Shown here: one piece after another, positions 22,505-32,976 of the stretch | Layout: each line of letters begins with the position of its first letter | Position numbering within the stretch: position 1 is the stretch's first letter | NCBI GenBank assembly: GCA_963792965.1 | Contig: CAWBYW010000016.1 | Coordinates: 128,001-192,000, forward strand | DNA length: 64,000 bases | From: an uncultured delta proteobacterium | GTDB taxonomy: Bacteria > Desulfobacterota > Zymogenia > Zymogenales > Zymogenaceae | Reading direction: 5' to 3' | Position numbers and translations under genes: made by a program | The notes under the pieces: generated by a model | What the model saw: only the letters and a program-made list of their open reading frames with translations | Databases searched by the model: none | Told to the model about the DNA's origin: nothing

Positions 22505-23529
22505 TCCGTATGCACGCCTCCGAAATAGACGCGGAAAACCTCCCGGGCCACCGGCGCGGCATCCTCACCCCCCCGGCCGTGGTAGAGGAAGACGACCACG
22601 GCGATCTCGGGGTTCTCGGCGGGGGCAAAACCCAAGAACCAGGCGTGAGTCGCCCAGCTGGAGCCGAGGAACTCGCCGGTGCCGGTTTTGCCCATAATCT
22701 CGTGCCCGTCCGGCGTCCCCTTGACGGCGGTTCCGTACGCCGCCGCATCGCGCATTCCCTCGGCGAGGATCGGCGCCGCGCGGGAAACCTCTACCTTCCT
22801 GTTGAGTCTCGGCGAAAATGAACCGATATCGTCTGCGGTGGGGGTCACGCGGGGAACCCAGATACTGCCCCCGTTCACGAGGGCCGAAAGATTCACGATC
22901 ACCTGAAGGGGCGTCGCCGTGACGTTGTCGGTGTCTCCGATGACATACTCACGGGCAAACGCCGGCTCGGGGGGGATGAGCCTTCCCGCCTCCTCCTGTG
23001 GAAGGTTGACCCCGGTCTTTTCTCCAAACCCGAGCTCGGAAAGCCCCCGGTAGGTGGTGTCGGCGCCCAGCGTCTCGGCAAGGGAAAGGAAATAGAGATT
23101 ACACGAGTAGGCGATCCCGCGGACAAGGTTGAGATCACCGTGTCCGGGGGGGTACCAGCAATCGTATTTCGTTCCCGATATAACGGCACTCCCGGTACAC
23201 CTGAAGCGAGCGTCGGGAGAGATACGCTTCTCTTCGATCCCTTTCCAGACGCTCACAAGCTTGACGAGCGAGCCGGGGGGAAAGGCCCAGCGTGTCGCCA
23301 TGTCGGGCCCCACCATCGCTCTGATGCGTCCCGTCTTCACGTCCATGACGACGACCGCCCCGGTCCGGCCCGCCAGGGCGTCGGATGCCGCGCTTTCGAG
23401 GAGGGCGTCGCCTTTCAACACCTGTTCCGGGCCCGGCCTGCAACCCGAGGCGAAGAGAAATAAAAGGGCGACCCCCCCGATGAGGGGTCGCCGAAAGAGT
23501 AAACGAATCCGCCGCCGGATCCCCGTCAT
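22501..23529 (-). CDS. Penicillin-binding transpeptidase-domain lipoprotein
   Basis: SxxK (GSLVK), SxN (SCN), KTG (GKTGT); lipobox ASGC; no transglycosylase domain. Confidence 0.88.
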   Translation of the reverse strand: MTGIRRRIRLLFRRPLIGGVALLFLFASGCRPGPEQVLKGDALLESAASDALAGRTGAVVVMDVKTGRIRAMVGPDMATRWAFPPGSLVKLVSVWKGIEEKRISPDARFRCTGSAVISGTKYDCWYPPGHGDLNLVRGIAYSCNLYFLSLAETLGADTTYRGLSELGFGEKTGVNLPQEEAGRLIPPEPAFAREYVIGDTDNVTATPLQVIVNLSALVNGGSIWVPRVTPTADDIGSFSPRLNRKVEVSRAAPILAEGMRDAAAYGTAVKGTPDGHEIMGKTGTGEFLGSSWATHAWFLGFAPAENPEIAVVVFLYHGRGGEDAAPVAREVFRVYFGGVHTD

Positions 23530-26500
23530 TTCCCCTCGGTGATGACAAGGCTTGAGCTTCCCGTCCTTCCGAAGCGGTCCGGGAAGTACATCAGGTACGC
23601 CTCGGCCGGCATGACACCGTAGGTCCCCGGGTTTTGGGCGCGGAGGATATACTTGAAGACATAGGTCCCCACGTCGACGTAGTCCATCGATAGAGCGATC
23701 CGCTCATCCCGGAATTCCCTTCCGGCAAACCACCAGTCCGCATCGCCGGTATAGAGATCGTCCCCGGAGATGACATAGTTTTTATCGTCGCTGATGGCCT
23801 CATAGCCCGCCGGGTAGTAGTCCTCCAGCAGGAAGTATTGGGCCTTCTTGTCGGTCGTGACCGAAAGCTCCACGAGGATCTCGTCCCCGCTACTGACCGG
23901 GCCGCTGAGCGGCACCTTCGCGTAGATGAGCTCTCCCTTCTTGGGCACCTTCTTGAGGAGGTAGTACTTTCTGCTCACGGCAAATCCGGCGTTCAGCGGG
24001 GCTATCGAGGGGGCCGCGCTGTAGTGCGTGAAGGTCGAGGAATAGTAGAGGCTACCCGGCCCGTCCTTCTTGATGACGATCGTATTGGGGCCGGTCTTGA
24101 GATCCCCTTCCTTGACGGTAATCGTTCCCCCCTCGGTGAGCATCGTCTCCTTGGTGATGTGGCTCTTCTTGAGCTGTTTGCCGTTGAGGGTAAGCGTCAT
24201 GGTGTAGTTCGGCTTGATCTCCCCGGTCCGGGTGATGTAGTCCGTCAGGGCATAGATGATCTTCCCCGTGGCCTTGGTGGAGCGCCAGTAGCTTCCGGTC
24301 CGGTTGATGATAAGCCAGCGGATCGTCTTGGGGATGAGGGGATTATTGACGTCGCGCATGGCCATCACCCGCAAAACGTACGCGGTGGTCTCCAGGGGAT
24401 CGGCCTCCCAGTCCCACCAATAGAAGTCCTCTCCGACGTAACCCCAGTGAACATAGCCGTTCTCCTGGATCTTTTCCTTCATGAGCAGGTCATACAGGAC
24501 GTTGGCCTTCTCCCGGATCCCCTCGTTCTCGTAGGCCAACAGCAGCATCGCCTGAGAAATGGGGGTGAGCTTGTCGCGCTTCTCGAACATCTCGTCGAGC
24601 CACGCGGTCTTGAGCTTGTCCGTGTAGGACAAGACGTAGAGGGCGTAGACCTTGACGGAGTCCTGATCGATCTTGCTCAGCTGAGAGATGAGGGACGCGG
24701 TGCCGCGCTTGATGACGCCCTCGTCCACGGTGATGGGAATGCCTGCCTCGGGAAGGAGGCGTTTCGCTTCGAGGAGCCCGTACAACACGTAGGCGGTCAT
24801 GTAGGGATCGGTCTCGTCGAACTCGTACCACCCCCAGCCGTTATCGTCGTGCTGCCGTTTGTAGAGCACCATGAGCCCGCTCTTGATGTAGGCGGGGAGG
24901 TCCTTCTCTACGCTCTTATCGGAAAGGTCAAGCTTCTTTAATACCGACGCGACCATGACTGATGGCAAGAACCTTGCCATTACCTGCTCGTTTCACCCAT
25001 AGGGGTAGCCGACGAGGAATGGTATAGCGGCAAGCATTGTGTTGACGAGCGATGGACTGGTGGTAATGGTGAGCTCAGCAGCGTTCTTTATCGTGTTGGC
25101 GGGCTTGTTGACCGTCACCGTGAGCGTCCCGGAGTCCTTGATGATCTCTCCCATATCGTTCTTTGTCTCTTTGATGCCGAGCGGGAGGATCGGCACCTTT
25201 ATCTCCATTCCGTCGGAGACCTCGTTGGTCATCGCCTTTGCCGTGAGAACGGCACTTCCCACGAGGTCCGCCCTGACGTGCCAGTCGACGCGCTTCTCTC
25301 CGTTTTTCGGGACGATTGCATCGACCGGAACGCCGGAAGCGAGCGTCAATCCCTTTGCGTCGAACGTGAAGTGCACCTTCTTGTCGGTCGACAGGTAATT
25401 ATGGGCGATGGTGGAGATTACGAGGTCGTCCCCCTGGCGCAGAAATCGCGGCGCCTCTATGCGGACGAGTAAGTCCTTGCGCTCGATGACCCGGTAGGTA
25501 GTCTCCCCCATGCTGTCGCCCGTGGTCACCCCCCGGACCGTCGCACGCCAACGCGTCAGGTTGTCCGGGAAGGTGACGGTGACCGTGGCCATACCCTTTG
25601 CGTTGGTCGTGATCGTGGGCGACCAGTACATCGTGTCCTTGAAGTCCTTTCGGATCAGCGGTTGAACGAGCGTGTCTCCCTTGAAGTCGGCAAGCTTCGT
25701 CTCTTTTTCCGGAAGTCCCGCCAGGAGTCCTTTCCGGTGAGAGTATCCGTAAAAGCGGAAGTAGAGGGATGACGACGTGTCCACGGAATGATAGCGCAGC
25801 GAGTAGAAATACTTCTGGATTTCGTCGACAAGCTCCGGTGAGATGGCGTAGATGGCGTCGTCCACGACGCCGAGCGACACCTCTGCCGACACGGGTTTGC
25901 CTGTGCTGTCCGTCGTCTTTATCGTAAAGGTGCCCTTTTCTTGCGGCTCGTACGTCGCCTTATTGGAGGTCACCTCGACGTTGATGAACTTTTCGGTCGG
26001 TGGGATGATGATGTTCTTGCTGTCCGAATAGAGCTCATCGTTGAAGATCGCGGCAACCGAGAGGTAGATGTTGGGGGTGTATCTCTCCTTTATGGGGAGA
26101 TCCAGCATCGCCGTGCCACCCGTGGCTTTGATGACTCGGCTATCAAGGATCGAGTCTCCCTCGGTGGTAATCAACAGATAGGTATCCTTCACCGGCGCGG
26201 CGATCAGGATGTGGGCGGTATCGCCCACCGCGTAGGTATCCTTGTCGGGGATAATCGTGACGCCGCCCTCCGACGTCCCGCCGTAGGCATACCCCTCCGT
26301 AAAGGAATACGATGAGTCCTTGGCCGTGGTGGAGTTGCCCGCGTTATCGAAGACCGTGGCGATGAAATTGACGTCGCCCACGTTTTTCACCGTATATTCG
26401 ATGACGGCGTCCCCACCGGAGTTCGTCCTTCCCGAAAGGGTGGCCGAGCTCGTGACCTTGCCCCCCTGCCAGTCGGTCTCCGTGACGATGAGCGTCACCG

Positions 26501-28166
26501 GCACATTCGCCACACCCTTGTTGTCAAAGTCGGAGACGTTGACCGTGATCCGCGCCTTATCCCCCGGCGCGTAGACCCAGCGGTCGGGACGTAGCGAAAC
26601 GGTGTAGTTTGACCGAACGACCTTGACGACGCTGCTGGTGGTAACCACCCGGCGCGAGAGATCGGTAACGTTGGCCTCGATGGTGAAGGTATAGTCGTTG
26701 TCGGGCGACTCAAGGTATTGCGACGTGTCTACCGTGAGCCTGAGCTTCCCGGCGTTGTCGAGCATAGCCGTGCCACTGTCCACCATGACCTTCTCGGTGG
26801 CGGTCCAGTAGTCTTCGTCCATGAAGTACCAGCCCCAGTCGTACCCCCACCACCAGGGGCGCTCGTAGACCGACCGGTAGACCGTATAGTCCACCTTGGC
26901 CTCCGTTACGGGGCTGCCGAAGTAGTAGCCCGCCTCGATATCGGCCGTGATCGTGTCGCCCCGGATGTAGACGTTCTTATCCGTCCTGATCTTGACCTCG
27001 TATTCGGGCTTCTTGTACTCCTCCACCTTGAAGCTGTTGTAGTAGTTCTGTCCATTCAGTCCCACGACGATCTGATATTCGCCGAGCGAGGGCTCCTCTC
27101 CGAGGGTGAAGTCCCCCGAGAGGCTCCCGTACTTATTAATCTTATAGTTGTTCCGGAAGACCTCGTCGCCCTTGGCGTCGTCGATGATGACCAGGTAGTC
27201 GTCGCCGGTGTCGGGAACCTTCAGCCCCGAGTCGGTGGCGTTTCTCAGGATCGAGCGAAAATGCACCGTGTCGCCGGGACGGTAGACGGGTCGGTCGGTG
27301 TAGGTGTAGACCTTGTCGCTTGCTTCCCCTTCCCCGTAGGCATAGGGGTCGGCCAGGGTGAAGTTCTCGCCGTCCTGGGCGAAGACATAGATGACGTCAC
27401 TCTCGGTCGCTTTCACCTTGGAGTAGTAGATCCCGTCGGAGTCCGTCTTCCCCTTGAAGAGGAGTTTTTTCTGGTTGTCGTAGACCGATACCTTAACGCC
27501 TTTCATCGGTTTGCCGGTTACCCGGTCGGCCACGTAGATAAGGCTGTCGGTGCTCGAGTTCTTCACGACAAACGACATGGGGGTAACGACGACCATCGTA
27601 TAGGCCACCGAATCCTCAAAGACCGCCTCGACGAGGTAGCACCCCGGTTTCGGGACTTTGACGTCTATGTTGTGGTACTCCCACTGTCCACTGCCCGAGA
27701 TGACCAACTTCTCCTGCCAGCGGTTGAGGAGCTTGAACTGGGTCAGGATCGGGAAGAGCTCGTAGGTCTGTGGCGCGGGTGAGACGGGCTCCTGGGCGTG
27801 CGGCAGGCCGAGTGCCGAGACGACATCGTCTCGGATGTTGTCGGAGAGTTTTGAGCGATAGTCGTCCCGGAAGAGTTCTACCCCCTTCCGTTTGATCGCC
27901 CCAACCATCTCGGCGGGGGCCGATGTCCCCCGTTTCGTCGTCACCACCGGCGAGTGGACGTCATCGAGCCCGAGGAAGTACGATTTCGGATCGTCTACCC
28001 GGTAGAGCCGGATATCGAGGGACGGGACATCCATGGAGGAAACGGTGACGGTGACGGGCTCCCCCGGAGCGAAGATCTTGTCCGTGGAGAGCTCAAAGGA
28101 GCCTGCGAGCGTCACGGCCGGCAGTGTTAAGAGCAATACGATCGAAAGAATAAGGGACTTTTTCAT
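23526..28166 (-). CDS. Bacterial alpha-2-macroglobulin (about 1546 aa) with in-frame UGA at the thioester Cys position (putative Sec1058)
   Basis: YTDRPVYRPGD, FKVEEYKKPEY, IRKDFKDTMYW, PDNLTRW, YPYG-UGA-NEQVMARFLP, QHDDNGWGW, PAEAYLMY. The two ORF-track pieces are in the same frame, 12 nt apart. Confidence 0.9.
24962..24980 (-). promoter_or_regulatory. Putative bacterial SECIS hairpin
   Basis: ATGGCAAG-GTT-CTTGCCAT perfect 8-bp stem starting 12 nt after the UGA (24993-24995); G-first apical loop. Confidence 0.7.
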
Positions 28167-28203
28167 AGTTTCCCTCAAAGAATGGAGTATATCGTTGTTT
28201 GGT

Positions 28204-28361
28204 CTGTCACCGTGAGAGTGCGCGGCGACCGCGGCAATCCCCGGCTGTCGTTACCGATACGGAGGTAATAAGGATCCTTCCTCGAGAATCAGGGCTCGCC
28301 TCGTTGTGCCACATCGCCTGGCCTCCCACGATTCGGGCAGGAACGTTCCCCTGCAATGACC
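28204..28361. repeat. Degenerate GTCATTGCGAG-type palindromic intergenic element
   Basis: CTGTCACCGTGAG...GCGGCAATCCC at left; TGCCACATCG...GCAATGAC at right. Confidence 0.35.
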
Positions 28362-28409
28362 GAGAAGAGCTCCCACGATACTTTGGACCTCAAAAGCACC
28401 TATAAAGCT

Positions 28410-29543
28410 TTAGTTCAGTATCTTGAACCGATAATAACCCAAAAAATGGTCGTTCTCTCTTACCGGCCGCCAGCGCTCGTCCGGATGCACTTTGAGCGTG
28501 GCGAGCCTGACCTTCCTCACGTCCCCGTTATCGTGGGAGCGCGGGCCGGTGTGATAGACGAGCCAATCTTCGTTTACGTCCGAATCGCTCTCCTTTCCCC
28601 ACTCGCCGAGGTAGATCATCATATGGGAGGGCATCCGGGGGTTTTCCGGGTTGAAGAAAAAGAGGAGATCACCGGGAAGAATACCCTTCTCGGTTCGCCC
28701 GAGGAACACGACGTTGTACTGAAGCAGCGCCTCGGCCGATGCCGCCGCAGAAAAGTTGACGCCGATATCGGAAGGGACAAACGGCCCCGGCGCCGTCCGA
28801 AAGACATCGACTCCCAGCAGCGGCACGTGGGGATAGGTGTACTTCTTCACGTCGGGATTTGCGGGGCTGACCAGCGTCGCGTAGGAGGAAAAGAAAGCGT
28901 CGTCGTGGCGCTTGAGCGCCTCGACATAGGCAAAACGCACAAGCCCCGCACAGTCCCGGTTGATCTGGTCCCAGTGGCGGTTCTTCTCGTAGACTTGAGA
29001 TTCCGCGATGGCGCAGAGCCACCGCCGGAAGTTGAGGCGGTCTGTGTCGCCGAAGAGCTCCACCACATCGGGAAACCCGTCCCCGTCCCGGTCACGCATG
29101 TCGGGGATAACATTCACCTGTGCCCGGGCAGGCGCCACCCCCGGAGACTCGGCCCGGATCGTGAGGTCACCCGTCTCGAAGGTCGAGATGAGCGTGAGGG
29201 AGGCCGTTCCGCGGACAAACGCGAGCGGTCCTGTTTCCACCCTTGTCGTCGCCGGGCCGACAAGCGTCACCGTAAGGGGTGCGCCGCAGCCGCGCGCAAC
29301 ATTCCCCCTGTCGGTCTTTGCAAGGATCGTGATCTCCACGGTATCTTCCTTGTTGGCCCAGAGCGTCTGCTTTGACACGGCGATCTCGATGCTTTTGGCC
29401 TTTGCGCACGACGTGATCAAACAGGCCAACAGGAGCGTCGAAAGGATCGCCGCTCCGCCTTTAATCCAGGTCCTTGACCCTGATCTTAAACCCGCCTTGA
29501 ATTGCATCACCGCTGAAGTTGACCCCCCCGTAGCATGAGACAA
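28410..29543 (-). CDS. DUF1175 (YfaT-like) lipoprotein with N-terminal Ig-like domain; start uncertain
   Basis: RDCAGLVRFAY, PGDLLFF, SHMMIYLG, VYHTG, RWRP motifs; lipobox ITSC; adjacent to alpha-2-macroglobulin. Confidence 0.8.
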   Translation of the reverse strand: MSHATGGSTSAVMQFKAGLRSGSRTWIKGGAAILSTLLLACLITSCAKAKSIEIAVSKQTLWANKEDTVEITILAKTDRGNVARGCGAPLTVTLVGPATTRVETGPLAFVRGTASLTLISTFETGDLTIRAESPGVAPARAQVNVIPDMRDRDGDGFPDVVELFGDTDRLNFRRWLCAIAESQVYEKNRHWDQINRDCAGLVRFAYVEALKRHDDAFFSSYATLVSPANPDVKKYTYPHVPLLGVDVFRTAPGPFVPSDIGVNFSAAASAEALLQYNVVFLGRTEKGILPGDLLFFFNPENPRMPSHMMIYLGEWGKESDSDVNEDWLVYHTGPRSHDNGDVRKVRLATLKVHPDERWRPVRENDHFLGYYRFKILN

Positions 29544-31204
29544 AAGATCTTCTGGTCAGTTCCACGAGCGGCACGAGCCGCTTTTCCGAATCCTGGTAGA
29601 GAAAGTATTTATAGTTTGCCGAGATGTTGACGAGATAACCCTCGATCAACGACATGGCGTTGTTCCCGTCTACGTAGAGATAGAGGTCGTAGGCGTCTTT
29701 CGGCATGTCTTTTTGCGCCGAGATGAACGCGGGCGACTTCACGAGAAAATCGCGGTCAAAAAGGCCGCCCGCCCCCGTCATCGAGGAAATAACAGAGAGG
29801 TCGTTGAGCTGCTCCATCGTCGAAAGGTCCCAGAAGAGGAAGAGCCTGTCATCCTTGAGCGCAAAACCAGGATTAGGCTTGACGGAGGCGACGTACGACG
29901 TCCCGTTCCAATCGAGGCTCTTTTCCCTGAACTGGCCCATATAGGAGATGTGAGCGGCGTCAAGCTCGAGGGGAGACGGGCCCGCATCTGAAGAATGAAT
30001 AGCTGTAGAGCTTGCCGATATTGGTGGAAAGGGCCTCTTCTTTGCCCGGTGCCACCCCAACGGAGGCGATCGTCCTGAGGTACGGTTTTTCTCCCTCATA
30101 CCCGATCCCGACGAGGGCCGCCAGCGCCCCCCTGCCGAGGTTGTTGATGATTCCACCCTCCAGGTCGAATCCGCCCTTGTCCTTCCATTTTTTCAGGATC
30201 GAGATGTAGTTTACCTTTTGGGCGATGTCGGTAAACCAGACCTTCCCGAAATGGGTATAAAGGATGCCGGGGTCGAAGGCCCGAAACGCCACGAGCGCCG
30301 CCGTCTCGCCGGGCATCGCCGATAGGTCTATTGTCGCCTTATCGGAGAGCGACCCCAGCCCCGCCAGGAGGCTTTTCCCCTCGCCCCCGGTGTAGGGGGC
30401 AAAGAGCGTGATATCCGCGCCGGCCTCGGAAAAGGTGACCGAGAAAAGGAGCGCGTCCGTCCCCTTGAGAAGCCGTCTGGCATGGGCGACGATGCCCATC
30501 TCGGAGTCATCGGGGCTCATCGCCTTCGTTGAATAGAAAAGGATATGGTAGTCCTTTGGCAGGTGGGAGAGCCGATCCATGACGGCGGGGTTTCCGGAGA
30601 GGTTCTTTGGGTTTTGCCCCGTAACGATGTCCCACTCGGATTTGAAGAGATCGGGGGAGTCGGAGACGATCGTATAGCCTTTGACGTTCTTGTAATAGAT
30701 CTTCTTGTCTGTGCTCGCGACAACCCAGACGGAATAGGAGCCCCAGTTTTCCTTCGTCACGTGGCTCGAAAAGATCGAAAAGAGGTTGATGAGAAAACCC
30801 TTAAACCAGCCCGTCTCAAGCAGCGCCGCCGAGGCCTCCTTTCCCTCGAGGGTCGTCCGATAGAAGACGGCCCGCGCACCTATGACCCACAGGAAGCGTT
30901 TCAGGGTCGGGCGAATCCCGGTCATCTTCTCGATAGTCCCGAGCCTGGAGAGCATCGGGGCCGAGAGGTCGCTCTTGATCGGGCCCTCAAAGAGCGAAAG
31001 ATCGCCGACTTCATCAAAATAATCGCTTGAGAGCAACGGCCTCAATCCTGCCCTGAGGTCCCTGAGGTAGACGAAGGAGTCTACGTTCTCCGGGATGATC
31101 TGATAGAGCTCGTAGGCGTCTCCGGCCACGGCACTAAGGGCCCCAAGCGAAAGGGCCGCGATAACGACCGCGCCGATCAGACATGCCCTGATCTTAGATC
31201 TCAT
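29461..31204 (-). CDS. Exported hypothetical protein (position of YfaA/MagB-like), frameshift near 29990
   Basis: Signal peptide MRSKIRACLIGAVVIAALSLGALSAVA; pieces 29960..31246 and 29461..30156; family assignment from context only. Confidence 0.55.
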
Positions 31205-31223
31205 GAATCCCTCCTTTTCTCCG

Positions 31224-31830
31224 CTATCGGCCGATGGGGCCCGCAAATGACTCGGGATCGGCCCCCGCCCGGAGGATCGTATTGTAGTACCTCAGCGTGA
31301 CGATGTGAATCACCCGCTCGCGCATAGTATCGGGGGTCGCCTTCATGAGAGCGGGGAGGTCCTTGTAGAAATCCTTCAGCGACTCGTTCACGTCGCTCTT
31401 CATCTCGGGCGTCGGCGCGCCGGCACGACCGAGGCCCGGAGGTTCTTGTATTCGTCCCACTCGGCGTCAAGGATGACGTCCAGCGCGTCTCCCACGGCAC
31501 CTGTGTCCGTCCCGCCGGGCTGGCTGTAGTCCGTACCCGACGGCGTCTCGGAGACCGTGGGAGGCACAAGCATCCTGGTCCCGGGCGGCGGCGATCATCT
31601 CCCACTCGTGGCGAGGGACGTCCGGATCTCGCTTTTGCGGCTTGGGATAGCCCGCCTTGATCTGATCGATCGCAAGGGTAACGTCGGCAAAGACCCCCCC
31701 GACCTTCGGACCCTTCTCTCCGGGCGCGGGCGCCTTTTTTTCGCAGGCCCACGAGAAGATCAAGAGAAACGAGAGGAGCCCAAGAATCGGCCAGAGCAGT
31801 CCCGGTCGGGCGCTCAGTCCGTCCCGCCGT
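31224..31830 (-). CDS. Hypothetical lipoprotein, frameshifted; start uncertain
   Basis: LLWPILGLLSFLLIFSWAC lipobox-like; pieces 31467..31763 and 31224..31460. Confidence 0.45.
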
Positions 31831-31835
31831 TTCCG

Positions 31836-32703
31836 TCAGGATCGGCCGAGCGCCGAGAGGATCTCGGCCAGCGCCCGATCCGAGCGATACGTATTGGTCT
31901 TGATGTTCCATCCCTTCTCCTTCAAACCGATTAAGAGCTGGGTAACCTCGGGCAGAAACGGCCTCACGCCGTCGAGCGCCGCCCGGTCGGAAAAGAGTTC
32001 TTCCGGGGTGCTGTCTAGTTTGATCTTCCCCTTCTCGATAACGACGATCCGGTCGGCCACCCGGATGATTTCTTCCATGTCATGGGAGATGATGATGACG
32101 GTCTTGTTCTTGGCGTTGAGGGCCTTGATGTGCCGGATGGTCTCGGTCCTCGACTGGGGATCAAGTCCCTGGGTGGGCTCGTCGAATATGAGTATGGGAG
32201 GATCCATAGCGAGGATCGAGGCGATGGCGACCTTGCGCTGCTCACCGCCGGAAAGGGTGAACGGCGAGCGCGTCCTGAGCCGGTCGATGTCAAGGTTGAC
32301 GAGGCCTGCCGCATCACGACACTCGCCTTTCGACCTCCTCTTTCGAAAAACCCCCTCGGTTGACGAGGGAAAACGCGATCTCTTTCTCGACCGTCTCCTC
32401 AAAGAGCTGGTGCTCGGGATACTGAAAGACGAGCCCTACCATTTCCCGCAGCCTGCCGGTCTTCTTGGTGGCGGGCGTCAGGTCAAAATCACCGACGCGG
32501 ACGCTCCCCTTCGCGGGCGTCAGCAGTCCGTTGAGGTGCAGCGCCAGCGTCGTCTTCCCCGAGCCGGTGCGCCCGATCAGCGCGACGAACTGGCCCTCCT
32601 CGATCGAGAGGTTCACCCCCGAGAGCGCCTCCTTTTCCAGCGGCGTATTGGGGAAAAAGACATGCGAGAGGTCTTTTATCTCGATGAGCGGTGCGGTCGT
32701 CAT
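31836..32703 (-). CDS. ecfA: ECF transporter ATPase (EcfA2/CbiO-like), frameshift near 32320
   Basis: GRTGSGKTT, VFQYPEHQLFEETV, SPFTLSGGEQRKVAIA, FDEPTQGLDP. Confidence 0.85.
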
Positions 32704-32954
32704 GAGACTTTGTAGACCATGTCGCCCGGCCGAACCCTGTCTTTGATCTTGATCCCCACGAGTGCGCCTGACGCGACCTCGGTTACCGGGGCGTTGTCGA
32801 TCTGCATCGACTCCACCACTTCCGTGAAATCGGTCGTCGCACCCTTGAAGCGGAGCTCGTCCCCAACCTTGAGGGAGCCCTCGACCTTTATGGCGGCAAC
32901 CGACGGCTTGGCAAAGAACTTGATGACCTCTCCGATTTTTACCTCACTTGACAT
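32700..32954 (-). CDS. Small translation elongation factor-like (EF-Tu domain II-like beta-barrel) protein
   Basis: IGEVIKFF...GSLKVGD...VESMQID...G..VGIK...VRPGD pattern. Confidence 0.75.
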   Translation of the reverse strand: MSSEVKIGEVIKFFAKPSVAAIKVEGSLKVGDELRFKGATTDFTEVVESMQIDNAPVTEVASGALVGIKIKDRVRPGDMVYKVS

Positions 32955-32976
32955 CACACTCCTCCTCCCGTGGTAG

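Noticed and set aside
24980-24995. Treating alpha-2-macroglobulin as two genes or a frameshifted pseudogene
   Set aside because: Both parts are in the same frame, the break is a single TGA at the catalytic Cys codon, and a SECIS-like hairpin follows it
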